NCBI GenBank assembly: GCA_963835065.1
Contig: CAWIEK010000068.1
Span: forward strand, 32,001-96,000
Length of the DNA stretch: 64,000 nucleotides
Direction: 5' to 3'
Source of the DNA: an uncultured Chthonomonadaceae bacterium
GTDB taxonomy: Bacteria > Armatimonadota > Chthonomonadetes > Chthonomonadales > Chthonomonadaceae
Shown: positions 1-10,176 of the stretch, piece by piece
Layout of the letters: the number at the start of each line of letters is the position of its first letter
Position numbering within the stretch: position 1 is the first letter of the stretch
Translations under genes and position numbers: made by a program
Notes under the pieces: generated by a model
Told to the model about the DNA's origin: nothing
Database searches by the model: none
The model's input: only the letters and a program-made list of their open reading frames with translations

Positions 1-33
1 CTTCTCCTCTATTATACCGCAAAGGGTTTTTCC

Positions 34-129
34 TTATACGGAAAGACGTTTTTGCACCTGCTGGACGAGGGTTTTGAGTTCGGGGTCGAATTCCATCAAG
101 CCTTTGACGCGCTGACAGGCATACACGAT
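34..129 (-). repeat. Diverged duplicate of the last 32 codons of dnaA (partner copy 7870-7965)
   Basis: Manual alignment gives 88/96 nt identical. It translates IVYACQRVKGLMEFDPELKTLVQQVQKRLSV* versus DnaA IVYACQRVKGLMELDPELKTLVQQVQKRLSA*. Confidence 0.95.
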
Positions 130-160
130 GGCAGCGACGCGATAGTTGCCGCGTTGTGGT

Positions 161-1818
161 TCATAGCACATTGCGTAGATAATTCTCGTACAGAGGACAT
201 CGGAGGGCAGGAGAGCGCTCGGATTAGCCTCGGAGAATGCCCGCGCTGCGCAGAGCGATAGAAACTCGCCATATCGGGACAGGGCTGACCACGCAGAACG
301 CCGCGTACTACCGCCAGGTTCTCCTCTTCCTGATACAAGATGGCGCGCAGACGGCGCAGATGCTCACCGAATAGCCCATTTTCTTTGGGCGCGTCGGCTT
401 CCAGGTCGGCATAATCCCAATGCCGAACCTGCATCTCGTAATAGCCTTTACCAGCGAGATAAGGATGCCCGTTTATGAGCGCATGGAAGCGGGCAATGTC
501 TTCGGCGGATTGGAGCAGGGCGTCGCAGGCGGCGTTGAGTTTTGCCATCTGGCTCAGGTCGAAGTCCGAAAGCGTGACCTGCGTTCCGACATTGAAGGGC
601 GATTGCGTGGTGTTGTGAATAAACAGGTGGGGTTCGGTGGAGTGCGCAATGGCAAGCGTGAGCCGTTTCCAGCCGCCGTTGGGATCGCCTGCCCGCTTGT
701 TGTGCCAGGAGCGGAACAGCCCGCAAGACATCACTGGCGTAAGGCCGCCCAAAGATGCGGTCGAACTCGTCTATCGCCCACAGCAGCGGCTCCTCAAAGG
801 CACGCAGGACATTGCGCTTGAGAATGTCGTCCAGATTGTCGTTGGCTCCCAGGTACGTCGTCCCACAGGTCGCGTATGCGCAGGTTGAGGTCGAGTTCGC
901 GCAGAGAGTTTGCCGGCAAGGGCGCGCAGGAAAACTATACGCCGGATCGCCATCTGCTCTTCGGTCAGGCTCTGCAGGTCGGTCCAGACGACGCGGAGTT
1001 GGCGTTTGACGGGACGGCATCCAGGAGCGCGGGCCAGGAGGGAAGTCTTCCCCATCTGCCGCGCCCCCTTTACCAGCACGATGCTGTTGCGGCGCTGAAC
1101 GGCGGCATGGAAGGCGACATCGGTTTCCCGAACGATATAGCGGCGGCTGGCAACGTCCAGCGCGCCCCCGGCTCCATTGGCGGCTTCGACGGGAATATCC
1201 GCAAGTGCGGCGGGCGCGGTTCTTGCGTTTGCAGGCGGGCTGGAATTGCCGCAGGCGGGAGAAACGTAGTTCCAGAGGGTAAGCTTTTGGTCATGCTTGA
1301 CGGTATATTCGCCGAGCTGATGGAGGTGCGGCTGCCACTCGTCAAAGACCGAGCAGCAGGCCGGCGTAGGCGTCGGAAAGGAGAATATGCCCCGCCTCGC
1401 CGCAGTCCATGACGCGCTGCGCGGTATTGATGCCGCCTCCTAAAACGTTGGCATTGTCGTCCGCGCCCGTGACGAGAAAGACCGCGCCGATATGCAGCCC
1501 CATGCGCAAACAAAGGTCGGACTGCGGACGGAGGGCGGAAGCGATTTCGACTGCGCAGCGAAGGGCGGCATTCGGGTTTTTGAGGAAAACAAGCGCCATG
1601 CCGTCGCCCGTGTCACAGCGTACCATGTCCTGCGTGGAAGCGTCGGGCAGACGGTTGAGCGCGGTGCGGGCAAGGTTGTGCAGCCGCGCTTTCTGACGCG
1701 CTTCCTCCTCGTTGGAAAGCAGGGTAAACCCCACAATGTCAAGGAAAAGCGTATGGGCGGTGACAGCAGGCAACAGGGTTTCGAAAGTCATGGGGACCCT
1801 TTCGGCGGCGGAGTACAT
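161..1818 (-). CDS. Class III adenylate/guanylate cyclase fused to AAA_35-type (STAND-like) NTPase, split by several frameshifts
   Basis: Cyclase motifs LFLDIVGFT, TGDGMALVF, LRMGLHIG and GGGINTAQRVMD (ORF 1342-1818). Walker A GARQMGKTS (771-1079), Walker B LLWAIDEFD, then SPFNVG and GHPYL. A shifted frame ends RCPLYENYLRNVL* at 161. Confidence 0.8.
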
Positions 1819-1854
1819 GACAACAATGATTTCCGGTTGGGGCGTACCGTCTGT

Positions 1855-2262
1855 TCAGGGGGAAACATCGAACGGCTCTGAGCCATTTCGCTGATAGATA
1901 TAGAAATCACTGTCAAGCGTAAAAATGCGCTTTTTGCCCAATGCTTCGGCGGCGGCTACAAGGGAAGCGTCCGCCATGTCCATGGACGTATCGTGGTATT
2001 GATCCATTAAAATCTGCATCCGCGCAACTTCCGCTTCGGTCGGAATATGCAAACGTAAAAGCCCGGTGTTCACTAAATTCCACATAAGGCGCTGCATCGG
2101 CAACCCGCCTGATTTGAAGGCAAAGTACATCGCCTCTGTAAAACAGGGCCAGGGAATGAGGAGCGGCTTTGGCAGTGTTCTCAAAGTGGCGCGGCAACGC
2201 GCATGCGCGTCCTGAGTCTTGTCCACGAGCGCGTAAAGGGCGCTGGCATCTGTGAGTGTCAC
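1855..2262 (-). CDS. vapC: PIN-domain (VapC-like) toxin
   Basis: LTDASALYAL, FTEAMY, MDMADASLVAAAE and IFTLDSDF give the PIN acidic tetrad. Overlaps the upstream antitoxin by 4 nt. Confidence 0.9.
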   Translation of the reverse strand: MTLTDASALYALVDKTQDAHARCRATLRTLPKPLLIPWPCFTEAMYFAFKSGGLPMQRLMWNLVNTGLLRLHIPTEAEVARMQILMDQYHDTSMDMADASLVAAAEALGKKRIFTLDSDFYIYQRNGSEPFDVSP

Positions 2263-2567
2263 GGCCTAAACCCCAGCTTAAGGTACTTTTCGTCCATGCT
2301 TTTCGTAAATGCCGCTTCCGCCGGATCTCGGCCAACAATTTTGGCCGACTTCTCAAAATGGAGCGTATCAAGGTTGTCAAAGAAACACTCGAAACGCGCT
2401 TGCAAATCTGCCTGAGCGGGTTTTTCACTGTGGCTTGCTCTGTCGGCGGCCTCAACCCGCACCTGGACTTCATCTCCAGGATGAATACCAAGTTCCTCAA
2501 TCGCTTCTTCAGGCAGAGCGAGGGAACCATCGGACTTCAATTTTGATGCGAAGGTGACTGCTGCCAT
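2259..2567 (-). CDS. AbrB/MazE-like antitoxin
   Basis: N-terminal SKLKSDGSLALPEEAIEELGIHPGDEVQVRVE is an AbrB swapped-hairpin pattern. Directly upstream of the PIN toxin. Confidence 0.8.
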   Translation of the reverse strand: MAAVTFASKLKSDGSLALPEEAIEELGIHPGDEVQVRVEAADRASHSEKPAQADLQARFECFFDNLDTLHFEKSAKIVGRDPAEAAFTKSMDEKYLKLGFRP

Positions 2568-2607
2568 ACAACATTCCATCCTTTATAAAACCGGCATTGT
2601 GGAGGTT

Positions 2608-2636
2608 AGTATACCAAACTCCTTTTAATAGCGCAA
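2608..2636 (-). promoter_or_regulatory. Sigma70-like promoter of the AbrB-VapC operon
   Basis: TTGCGC-N17-TATACT with extended TG on the minus strand. Confidence 0.55.
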
Positions 2637-2727
2637 GAGGGGAAAAAGCGCTCCGGTTTCTGAATGACTTCTTTACGGCCTGGGTAACTGGCTACTATAA
2701 ACCTCGTGCGGTGAGAAGCGCATTTGC

Positions 2728-3344
2728 TCATTCCGCATTTTCGGCGGACAGAGGGGGAGCAGGCGCTTTGCTGTAGTCGAGGCGACGGACATACGCGCCT
2801 TCGTCATACGCGCGTTCCAATACCGCCTGCACATCCAAAATCGTGTCGGGAAACCCGGCTTCAAGCGGCACGGCAATACGCGGGAGGGGTTGTTGAATCA
2901 TCGCAGGCCACAACTCATAACGCGCCCGTTCCGCCCCGATGCAGGCAAACGAGATAGTCGGGAAGTTGTGTCCAGCCTTTCCAGAGGAACCGCGAGGGTC
3001 GGCGGGCCGGCGCGAAGCAGATCAATTTCGATGAGATGCGTGTCGCTGTCACAGACAGCCCGCTGCTTGCGAAGGGAGGCGTCCCGATTTTGACCGGGGG
3101 TTTTGTTGGCGTGGCTCAGATATTCCAGAGTGGCAATCACTTCGCTGGCGTCGTGGGCGCGTACAACATTCACAAAGCGCTGGCGCGGCTCATCCTCCAG
3201 CGCCTTCACAACCGCAACATAGGCCGCAGGCAGAACGCGATTCAATGCCGCCGCCGTGTAGACAATCAGGTTATGACGAAAACTTTCCCAAATGCCGGGG
3301 GCTTCAAGATAAGGATTTATGCCGGGAAAAGGTGAACTCGCCAT
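2728..3344 (-). CDS. DUF4058 family protein (PD-(D/E)XK-like), frameshifted and shortened
   Basis: MASSPFPGINPYLE start, LEYLSHANK, HLIEIDLLRAG, and C-terminal LPRIAVPL...LDVQAVLERAYD...LDYSKAPAPPL in a second frame. Confidence 0.75.
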
Positions 3345-3395
3345 AACGCTTCCTCAACTCTCTTAATTTCGCACCTTACGCTTAAATTGGTTTTC

Positions 3396-3534
3396 GCCGG
3401 AAAACCGATTAAAATTTGGCCTGCGCTGCAAAAACGATTGTCCTGCGGACAAAACCCGTTGCAGCAAGGGTTGTGCCTGCACAGCAACCACTCGTTTTGT
3501 CCAGCGCAGGCAAAAATTCAATCGGTTTTCCGGC
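3396..3534. repeat. 139-bp long imperfect inverted repeat (MITE-like hairpin)
   Basis: ~42-bp arms GCCGGAAAACCGATT...GCCTGCGCTG...AAAACGA and its near reverse complement, with additional internal pairing. Confidence 0.75.
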
Positions 3535-3541
3535 ATGACCG

Positions 3542-3916
3542 TTACTTGCCGCCAGCCTTTTGGAGATAGACGAGCGCCTTCTCAAGCGCGGGGTTGTCCC
3601 GTTTCTTGATAGCATCCTGAACGTTGCTTGTTCCCCATTTAATCTCAAACTTTTCGGCGACTTTTAATGCCCTGTCGTACTCCTGTTTAGCGCGGGGCCA
3701 ATCATTGAGCGTTGCATAGCACAGTCCAAGATTCATTCTCAGGTACGTGCGTGTGCAGCCATTTTCTAACGCGCTGTTGTTGCTCTTGATGGCATCGTCA
3801 ACCTGACCAGCGAGGTACTCGGAACTGCCCAAGTAATACTGAAGTGTGGCGTCATTTGGGCGGAGGCGGAGTGCCGACTTGTACTCTGGCAACAGCTTCA
3901 GTTTTGTTATTTCCAC
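3542..3916 (-). CDS. TPR-repeat segment, probably the frameshifted C-terminus of the upstream AAA-WD40 gene
   Basis: ALRLRPNDATLQYYLG and RMNLGLCYATLNDWPRAKQEYDRAL are TPR patterns. Overlaps the upstream stop by 10 nt. Confidence 0.65.
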   Translation of the reverse strand: MEITKLKLLPEYKSALRLRPNDATLQYYLGSSEYLAGQVDDAIKSNNSALENGCTRTYLRMNLGLCYATLNDWPRAKQEYDRALKVAEKFEIKWGTSNVQDAIKKRDNPALEKALVYLQKAGGK

Positions 3917-6525
3917 TCAGAAACTCTGGCTATCCTGATATGCGCGTTTGCTTCGCTGACAGCCCGCATTGTATCCTTGTCGTTCGGATCGGATAACCAT
4001 ACCGTTGCACCCTCGCTTCCGCTTGCAAATACAATTTTCTTGCCATCTTTGGAGAACACAAGTGATCCAATGGTGGCCCGCTTCTTACTATCCGGGGAGG
4101 ATACAACCGATCCCACGGTGGTTAGCCTTGCCATGATCTCTCGCCCTGTCTGTGTTTCCCACACATGTATTGAGCCGGAATAATCCATAATTAGCCCGAT
4201 ATTTCCTGCTACGATCCGCTGACCGTCAGGCGAGAACGCGACAAAGCCGATGCCCGTTGGATCATAGGTCAACAATTTCAGGACTACTTGACCTGTCTGT
4301 GTATTCCATACCTTCACCGTTTTGTCATAACTTCCGGTGACGACCTGTTGGCTGTCTGGAGAATAGGCGACCGAACTTACTCCTTCCGTATGCCCTGTTA
4401 AGGTTCTGATCTCCCGGCCTGTCTGTGTATCCCAAACTTTCGCCGTTTTGTCCCAACTCCCGGTGATGATTTGTGTGCCGTCAGGAGAGAAGGCAACGGA
4501 ACTCACGCCTGCACTATGTCCCTTCAACATCAGTAACGACCGGCCTGTCTGCGCATCCCACACAATTGCTTCACCCGGTTTTCCATAATCTTTAAATTTT
4601 TCAGATTCTCCACTCGCCGTTGCAATCCGCGTACCATCGGGAGAAAAGGCGACAGAGCTAATTCTGGCGGTATGTCCTTTCAGAACCAGTATCTCTTGGC
4701 CTGTCTGCAAGTCCCATACCCTTGCCGTTTTGTCATAACTCCCGGTGACAATCCGCGTAGTATCAGGAGAGACGGCAACCGAAGAGATGAGAAGGGCGTG
4801 TCCGCGCATCGCCATCAACTTCCTTCCGGTTTGCGCTTCCCATACCGTCACTTCACCCGGCTTCCCCTCTTCTCCACTGCCAGTGATAATCCGCTGGCAA
4901 TCGGGAGTGATGGCAGCGCAAGAGACAGGATCAGAACGCCAGTTAAGACTTACAATCTCTCGCTTCACACTCTGCTCAACATTAGGGTCGTTGAACAAAG
5001 AAGCATATTCTGTATGATCCTTGGGTTTTATTGGCTCAATGTGGCGGAGACGGTTCCAATAGCCCCACTCGAAACCTCGGAAGGGGCGGTACTTCTCCTG
5101 ATTTATCTCATCCAAAATTTCATCGACGCGATCAAACCGTTTTGCCTCGTATGCGGCAGGAATGAGGCTTATGTTCGCAATGTACGCATTGCGTTCGGCT
5201 TCCTTTTGTTGTTGTTGCGACAGAGCGGACTGAGTACGCGCTATTGTCGCCGCCTTTTCCGCATCAGTCCGGTATCTATTTGCCTGCTGCTGCGACCGGA
5301 TGGCCCACATTGTCAGCAATCCCATGATACTCACAACTACGGATGCCATTGCACCCGCGCGATAGAGGCCGCGCCGGTACGCCATCTGCTGACGACGTGC
5401 TTCGGCATAGGGCATGTTCTCGCGTATCCAACTCTGGTCGAAGACGCGCTCGTAGATACGGTTGCGTATCTCCAATTGCCTGTTTCGCGCCCGCGCTATG
5501 CCCGACAGCCGCAGCGTACTTTGCAGGGCGTCCTTCTCGTCGTTGACCACACTTCCGCGCCGCACTTTGCCGTACAGGTCGAGCAGAGCGGCCCGGTCCA
5601 GCGGACTGTCCAGTATGCGCTTTGCCACGAACGCCAGATTCTTTTCGCTTTTACGCGCTTCCGGTGCGAAGAACAGGCGTTCGCAGAGGGCATCAATGGC
5701 GCGGGGGTCGGGTATCGGGTGTCGGGTGTCGGGAGATACGAAGGACGAGTTGGGATCGTCTGAACCTACTTCTGTGAGTTCGGCGCAGAGGCGTTGGGTT
5801 AGGTAGGGATGGCCGTTTGTCCAGTAGAGGATGCGGTCTAGGATCGCTTCATTGGGAAGCCCTGCCGCCAGAACCGCCGCCTCAGTTCGCGTGAAATCCG
5901 AAAGCGTGATGCCCCTCCCGATGTTGAAGGGTGTTGAAGTGACGCTGTGAATGAGTTCATCGGGAGTTGCGGAACCCGCGAGGCAAAAACTCAGGCGGCG
6001 CAGGGCGGGTTCGTCCACGCGCCGATTGTAGCAGGCGCGAATGCCCGCGAAAAACTCGTCCGTAAAGTCGAAACTGCGAACGCTTTCGATCTCGTCCACG
6101 AAAATCACGAGGTTCGCGTCGCTGTGGGCAAGGACAACGGAACGCAGGGCTTCGACCCAGCGCTGCATCGGGCCGAGTTCGCCATTGTCGCGCCAGAAGC
6201 CGCGCAGGCCGTCCCAAAAATCGGGTATTCCCGCCGCGTGGAGGCTGTCCGCCACCTGACGCAGCATCCCGTTGTACCACTGCCCGGGCGTCACCTCTTT
6301 GCCCGTCGTGGTCAGGTCTATCTTGGCGACTACAACCCCGCGCTCACGCAGTTTTCGCGCCGTCCGTTCGATGAGAGACGACTTGCCGACCTGCCGGGTA
6401 TCCAGAACGTAGCAGAATTGGGCGTCCAGAAGGGCTGCGAGCAGATCACGATCCGCCTGCCGCTCTACATAGCAAAGCGCGTCGGCAGGGAGCGTTCCCC
6501 CGGTGATATAAAAGAGTGGACGCAT
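3907..6525 (-). CDS. AAA_35-type NTPase, hydrophobic helix and WD40 beta-propeller
   Basis: GGTL..DALCYVERQAD, Walker A-like RQVGKSS, Walker B LVIFVDEIE, TPFNIG, WTNGHPYLTQ, then repeated GH...V.SVAFSPDG..I.TGS.DKTAKVWD units. Confidence 0.9.
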   Translation of the reverse strand: MRPLFYITGGTLPADALCYVERQADRDLLAALLDAQFCYVLDTRQVGKSSLIERTARKLRERGVVVAKIDLTTTGKEVTPGQWYNGMLRQVADSLHAAGIPDFWDGLRGFWRDNGELGPMQRWVEALRSVVLAHSDANLVIFVDEIESVRSFDFTDEFFAGIRACYNRRVDEPALRRLSFCLAGSATPDELIHSVTSTPFNIGRGITLSDFTRTEAAVLAAGLPNEAILDRILYWTNGHPYLTQRLCAELTEVGSDDPNSSFVSPDTRHPIPDPRAIDALCERLFFAPEARKSEKNLAFVAKRILDSPLDRAALLDLYGKVRRGSVVNDEKDALQSTLRLSGIARARNRQLEIRNRIYERVFDQSWIRENMPYAEARRQQMAYRRGLYRAGAMASVVVSIMGLLTMWAIRSQQQANRYRTDAEKAATIARTQSALSQQQQKEAERNAYIANISLIPAAYEAKRFDRVDEILDEINQEKYRPFRGFEWGYWNRLRHIEPIKPKDHTEYASLFNDPNVEQSVKREIVSLNWRSDPVSCAAITPDCQRIITGSGEEGKPGEVTVWEAQTGRKLMAMRGHALLISSVAVSPDTTRIVTGSYDKTARVWDLQTGQEILVLKGHTARISSVAFSPDGTRIATASGESEKFKDYGKPGEAIVWDAQTGRSLLMLKGHSAGVSSVAFSPDGTQIITGSWDKTAKVWDTQTGREIRTLTGHTEGVSSVAYSPDSQQVVTGSYDKTVKVWNTQTGQVVLKLLTYDPTGIGFVAFSPDGQRIVAGNIGLIMDYSGSIHVWETQTGREIMARLTTVGSVVSSPDSKKRATIGSLVFSKDGKKIVFASGSEGATVWLSDPNDKDTMRAVSEANAHIRIARVSEWK

Positions 6526-6771
6526 GGCGCAGCCTCACAGCAGACGAAAGGGCGGGGCCACAAAAGTATGGCTCCTCTTATTCTACCCGGTTCCGGCCCT
6601 GCGCCTTGTGCAGAACATCACACGCGCACTGTGATATTTTATGCTATGCGGGGAGGAGACGCTTCAAACTTTTGAAGATTGCCCTGCCCGGAACCGGGAG
6701 CATCGGCTTTCGTTCGCTTCGGCAGGGTATAATCAGGTGTAGCGTATGTTCGTTTTGAGGAGCAGAATCGT

Positions 6772-6952
6772 ATGACAATTACACTGGACTTACCCCCGGA
6801 GTTGGAAGGGCAAATACAGCAGGTGGCGCGGGCACAGGGCAAGGATGTGGCTGCCTTCCTGCTTGACAGCATCCGTCAGCGCTTGCGCCATGACGTACTG
6901 CCCGAAGCGGATGCGCGTCTGCTTCAGATAATCAATGCCCCGATTGCTCCAG
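6772..6952 (+). pseudogene. Truncated antitoxin-like small protein
   Basis: MTITLDLPPELEGQIQQVARAQGKDVAAFL resembles RHH-type antitoxin N-termini. After IINAPIAP the frame runs into low-complexity sequence and the repeated element. The breakpoint is approximate. Confidence 0.5.
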
Positions 6953-7009
6953 CGAGGGATAGATTTCCAGCCCCGAAGCAAGCGCCCCCTACGTTCCCCA
7001 AGACTCCAA

Positions 7010-7336
7010 CAGCAACCATCCCACTAAAACAATCCCGCAAAAAAGACAGAAAAAAAGAGCAAAACAATGCGAAAAAAGCGAACCCTTTGCTCAACTCAGC
7101 CGTCTAAATAGCAGTACAAACGTCTACTACACAAACACAAAGGCTGAACGTTGGTAGTTCCTATCAACTATCAACTACACTAACAGGAAGGGAGGTGCAT
7201 GAGAATGTCCCTACACCCCTCCCGCCCGCCTTGACGCTGCTGCGAGGTCACGACGCCTCTCTTCTACAATCTGACACAACGAGACATCGGGCTGGAAGCG
7301 CTGCATTGCCAAGATTTCGACGATGCCTCTACATAT
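7010..7336 (+). ncRNA. Copy A of a dispersed structured RNA/micro-ORF element
   Basis: Colinear homology to the reverse complement of 21894-22242. GCGAACC-N17-GTCTAA promoter (7078-7107), hairpins, SD GGGAGGTG and a near-identical 3' ~100 nt. Confidence 0.7.
7205..7234 (+). CDS. Micro-ORF MSLHPSRPP*
   Basis: GGAGG-N9-ATG. Frame is conserved with copy B through a 3-nt indel and two synonymous changes. Confidence 0.55.
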   Translation: MSLHPSRPP

Positions 7337-7510
7337 CCTTTTTTCTGACTGCTCTTTTTTCATCTGCCGCCTGTCCAATGCACTTTCAAGACTCCCGTTG
7401 GCAAAGGCCGGAATTCCCGCTGGTTCGTGAAGTTATAGATTTATGGACTTTTTTATTCTCGCAAAGATGGGAAGACCGCTAACCTCTGTAGAAACGGAGT
7501 AGAACGAATT

Positions 7511-7610
7511 ATGCCATTGCCTCCTTTTGAGAGAACAGGCGACAATAGAGTATTGGCAGATCAAGCGCGAGGGCGGTTTTCGCGGTATCATTGAAGTGAC
7601 AGGAGAATAA
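7511..7610 (+). pseudogene. Internally deleted DUF6932-like nucleotidyltransferase remnant
   Basis: N-terminus MPLPPF joined out of frame to C-terminus EQATIEYWQIKREGGFRGIIEVTGE*. Family assignment is from recalled sequence style. Confidence 0.5.
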
Positions 7611-7614
7611 CAAC

Positions 7615-7815
7615 ATGCTACGCAACGATCAGGAACTCACAACAACATTAGAGCGCATTGCCCGCTTTCAGCAGCAAGTCGCTCACCTGCGCCGCGTGGA
7701 AACCAATCCAGCCAACTACAAAGGCGCCTCTTCGGGCTTCCTTGCCGAAATAGACCGCATGCAATTGGAAGTGCGTGAGTATCTCAGTCTGCTTCCCGCA
7801 GAACTCGCCAAATAA
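7615..7815 (+). CDS. 66-aa conserved hypothetical helical protein, likely TA-type partner of the upstream remnant
   Basis: AGGAG RBS. Sequence MLRNDQELTTTLERIARFQQQVAHLR...GFLAEIDRMQLEVREYL. Confidence 0.7.
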   Translation: MLRNDQELTTTLERIARFQQQVAHLRRVETNPANYKGASSGFLAEIDRMQLEVREYLSLLPAELAK

Positions 7816-7869
7816 TCCCACAGGCAAAATAAACGAAACCAGCGTGAGGAACGCGGAAGCCGTGTTGCG

Positions 7870-9552
<1,683 letters not shown>

Positions 9553-10059
9553 CCGCCGCCTCCCCGATTTCCCCGCCCGTCCGCTTGGCAGACACGATAA
9601 TTTCCGACGAAAGAAACGCAGTTGCCAACGTTCTTCGACCCGGTTACTTCTCGCGCTGCGCGCGGCTTCTTTAATAGCGTGGGAACTGTCCCGACAGCGT
9701 GGAGGCAACAGTCACGAACGGACTGCGCCGGTGTTCACGGCGTGGGAACAGGGCTGATTATAGCAAATCGGGAGGAGAATCGCAAGGTGATTCAGGCAGA
9801 TTCTTACCTTATTTTCGCTTATTTCCAAAGGTACTTTTGTCTACGCAAAATGACGCCTTTGCGCTTGCGCTAAGAAGTGTCTACCTGCTTTGGAACACTA
9901 AATGTAGCGTTTTCGCCACTTAATATCAACAGGTTTAGATGAGCGTCAGCAGGTTACGCCAATCGCGCATAGCCGCGCAGAACCTCCAAAATATGCGTTT
10001 AGATACTGTTTCGCGCAATCTAGCAAAAAAATCGTAAATCATATCCAAAATGGCTTGAC

Positions 10060-10094
10060 AAAACAAAGGACAGGCAGAAATGACATGCCTGTCC
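10060..10094 (-). terminator. Intrinsic terminator downstream of sucD
   Basis: GGACAGGCA-N9-TGCCTGTCC stem followed by TTTGTTTT on the minus strand. Confidence 0.6.
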
Positions 10095-10176
10095 ACGATT
10101 TTCTCTATGCAGTTGCCCGAATAAACGCCGCCAGTTACCGATGTTTGTTCTATCAAACAGAACCTAAAACATTCTC

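Noticed and set aside
34..171. 45-aa ORF MCYEPQRGNYRVAAIVYACQR... as a functional mini-DnaA
   Set aside because: No clear RBS, and it holds only the final helices of domain IV. More simply a by-product of the duplication.
3380..3545. Integron attC site after the TPR gene (TAAC overlapping the stop)
   Set aside because: No matching GTTRRRY at the far end, no similar sites after neighbouring genes and no integron integrase.
7195..7482. 95-aa ORF from the track across element copy A
   Set aside because: Its GTG start lies inside the SD, and copy B has an indel and a stop in this frame.
9553..9708. N-terminal extensions given by the ORF track for dnaA, pilB (17141-17365), PhyH (43910-44359) and AKR (29732-29887)
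   Set aside because: Better RBS-supported starts lie downstream, and the extensions cross repeats or inserted DNA.
9553..10176. oriC next to dnaA
   Set aside because: No DnaA-box cluster visible. The isolated TTATCCACT at ~12416 lies at a gene end far away.
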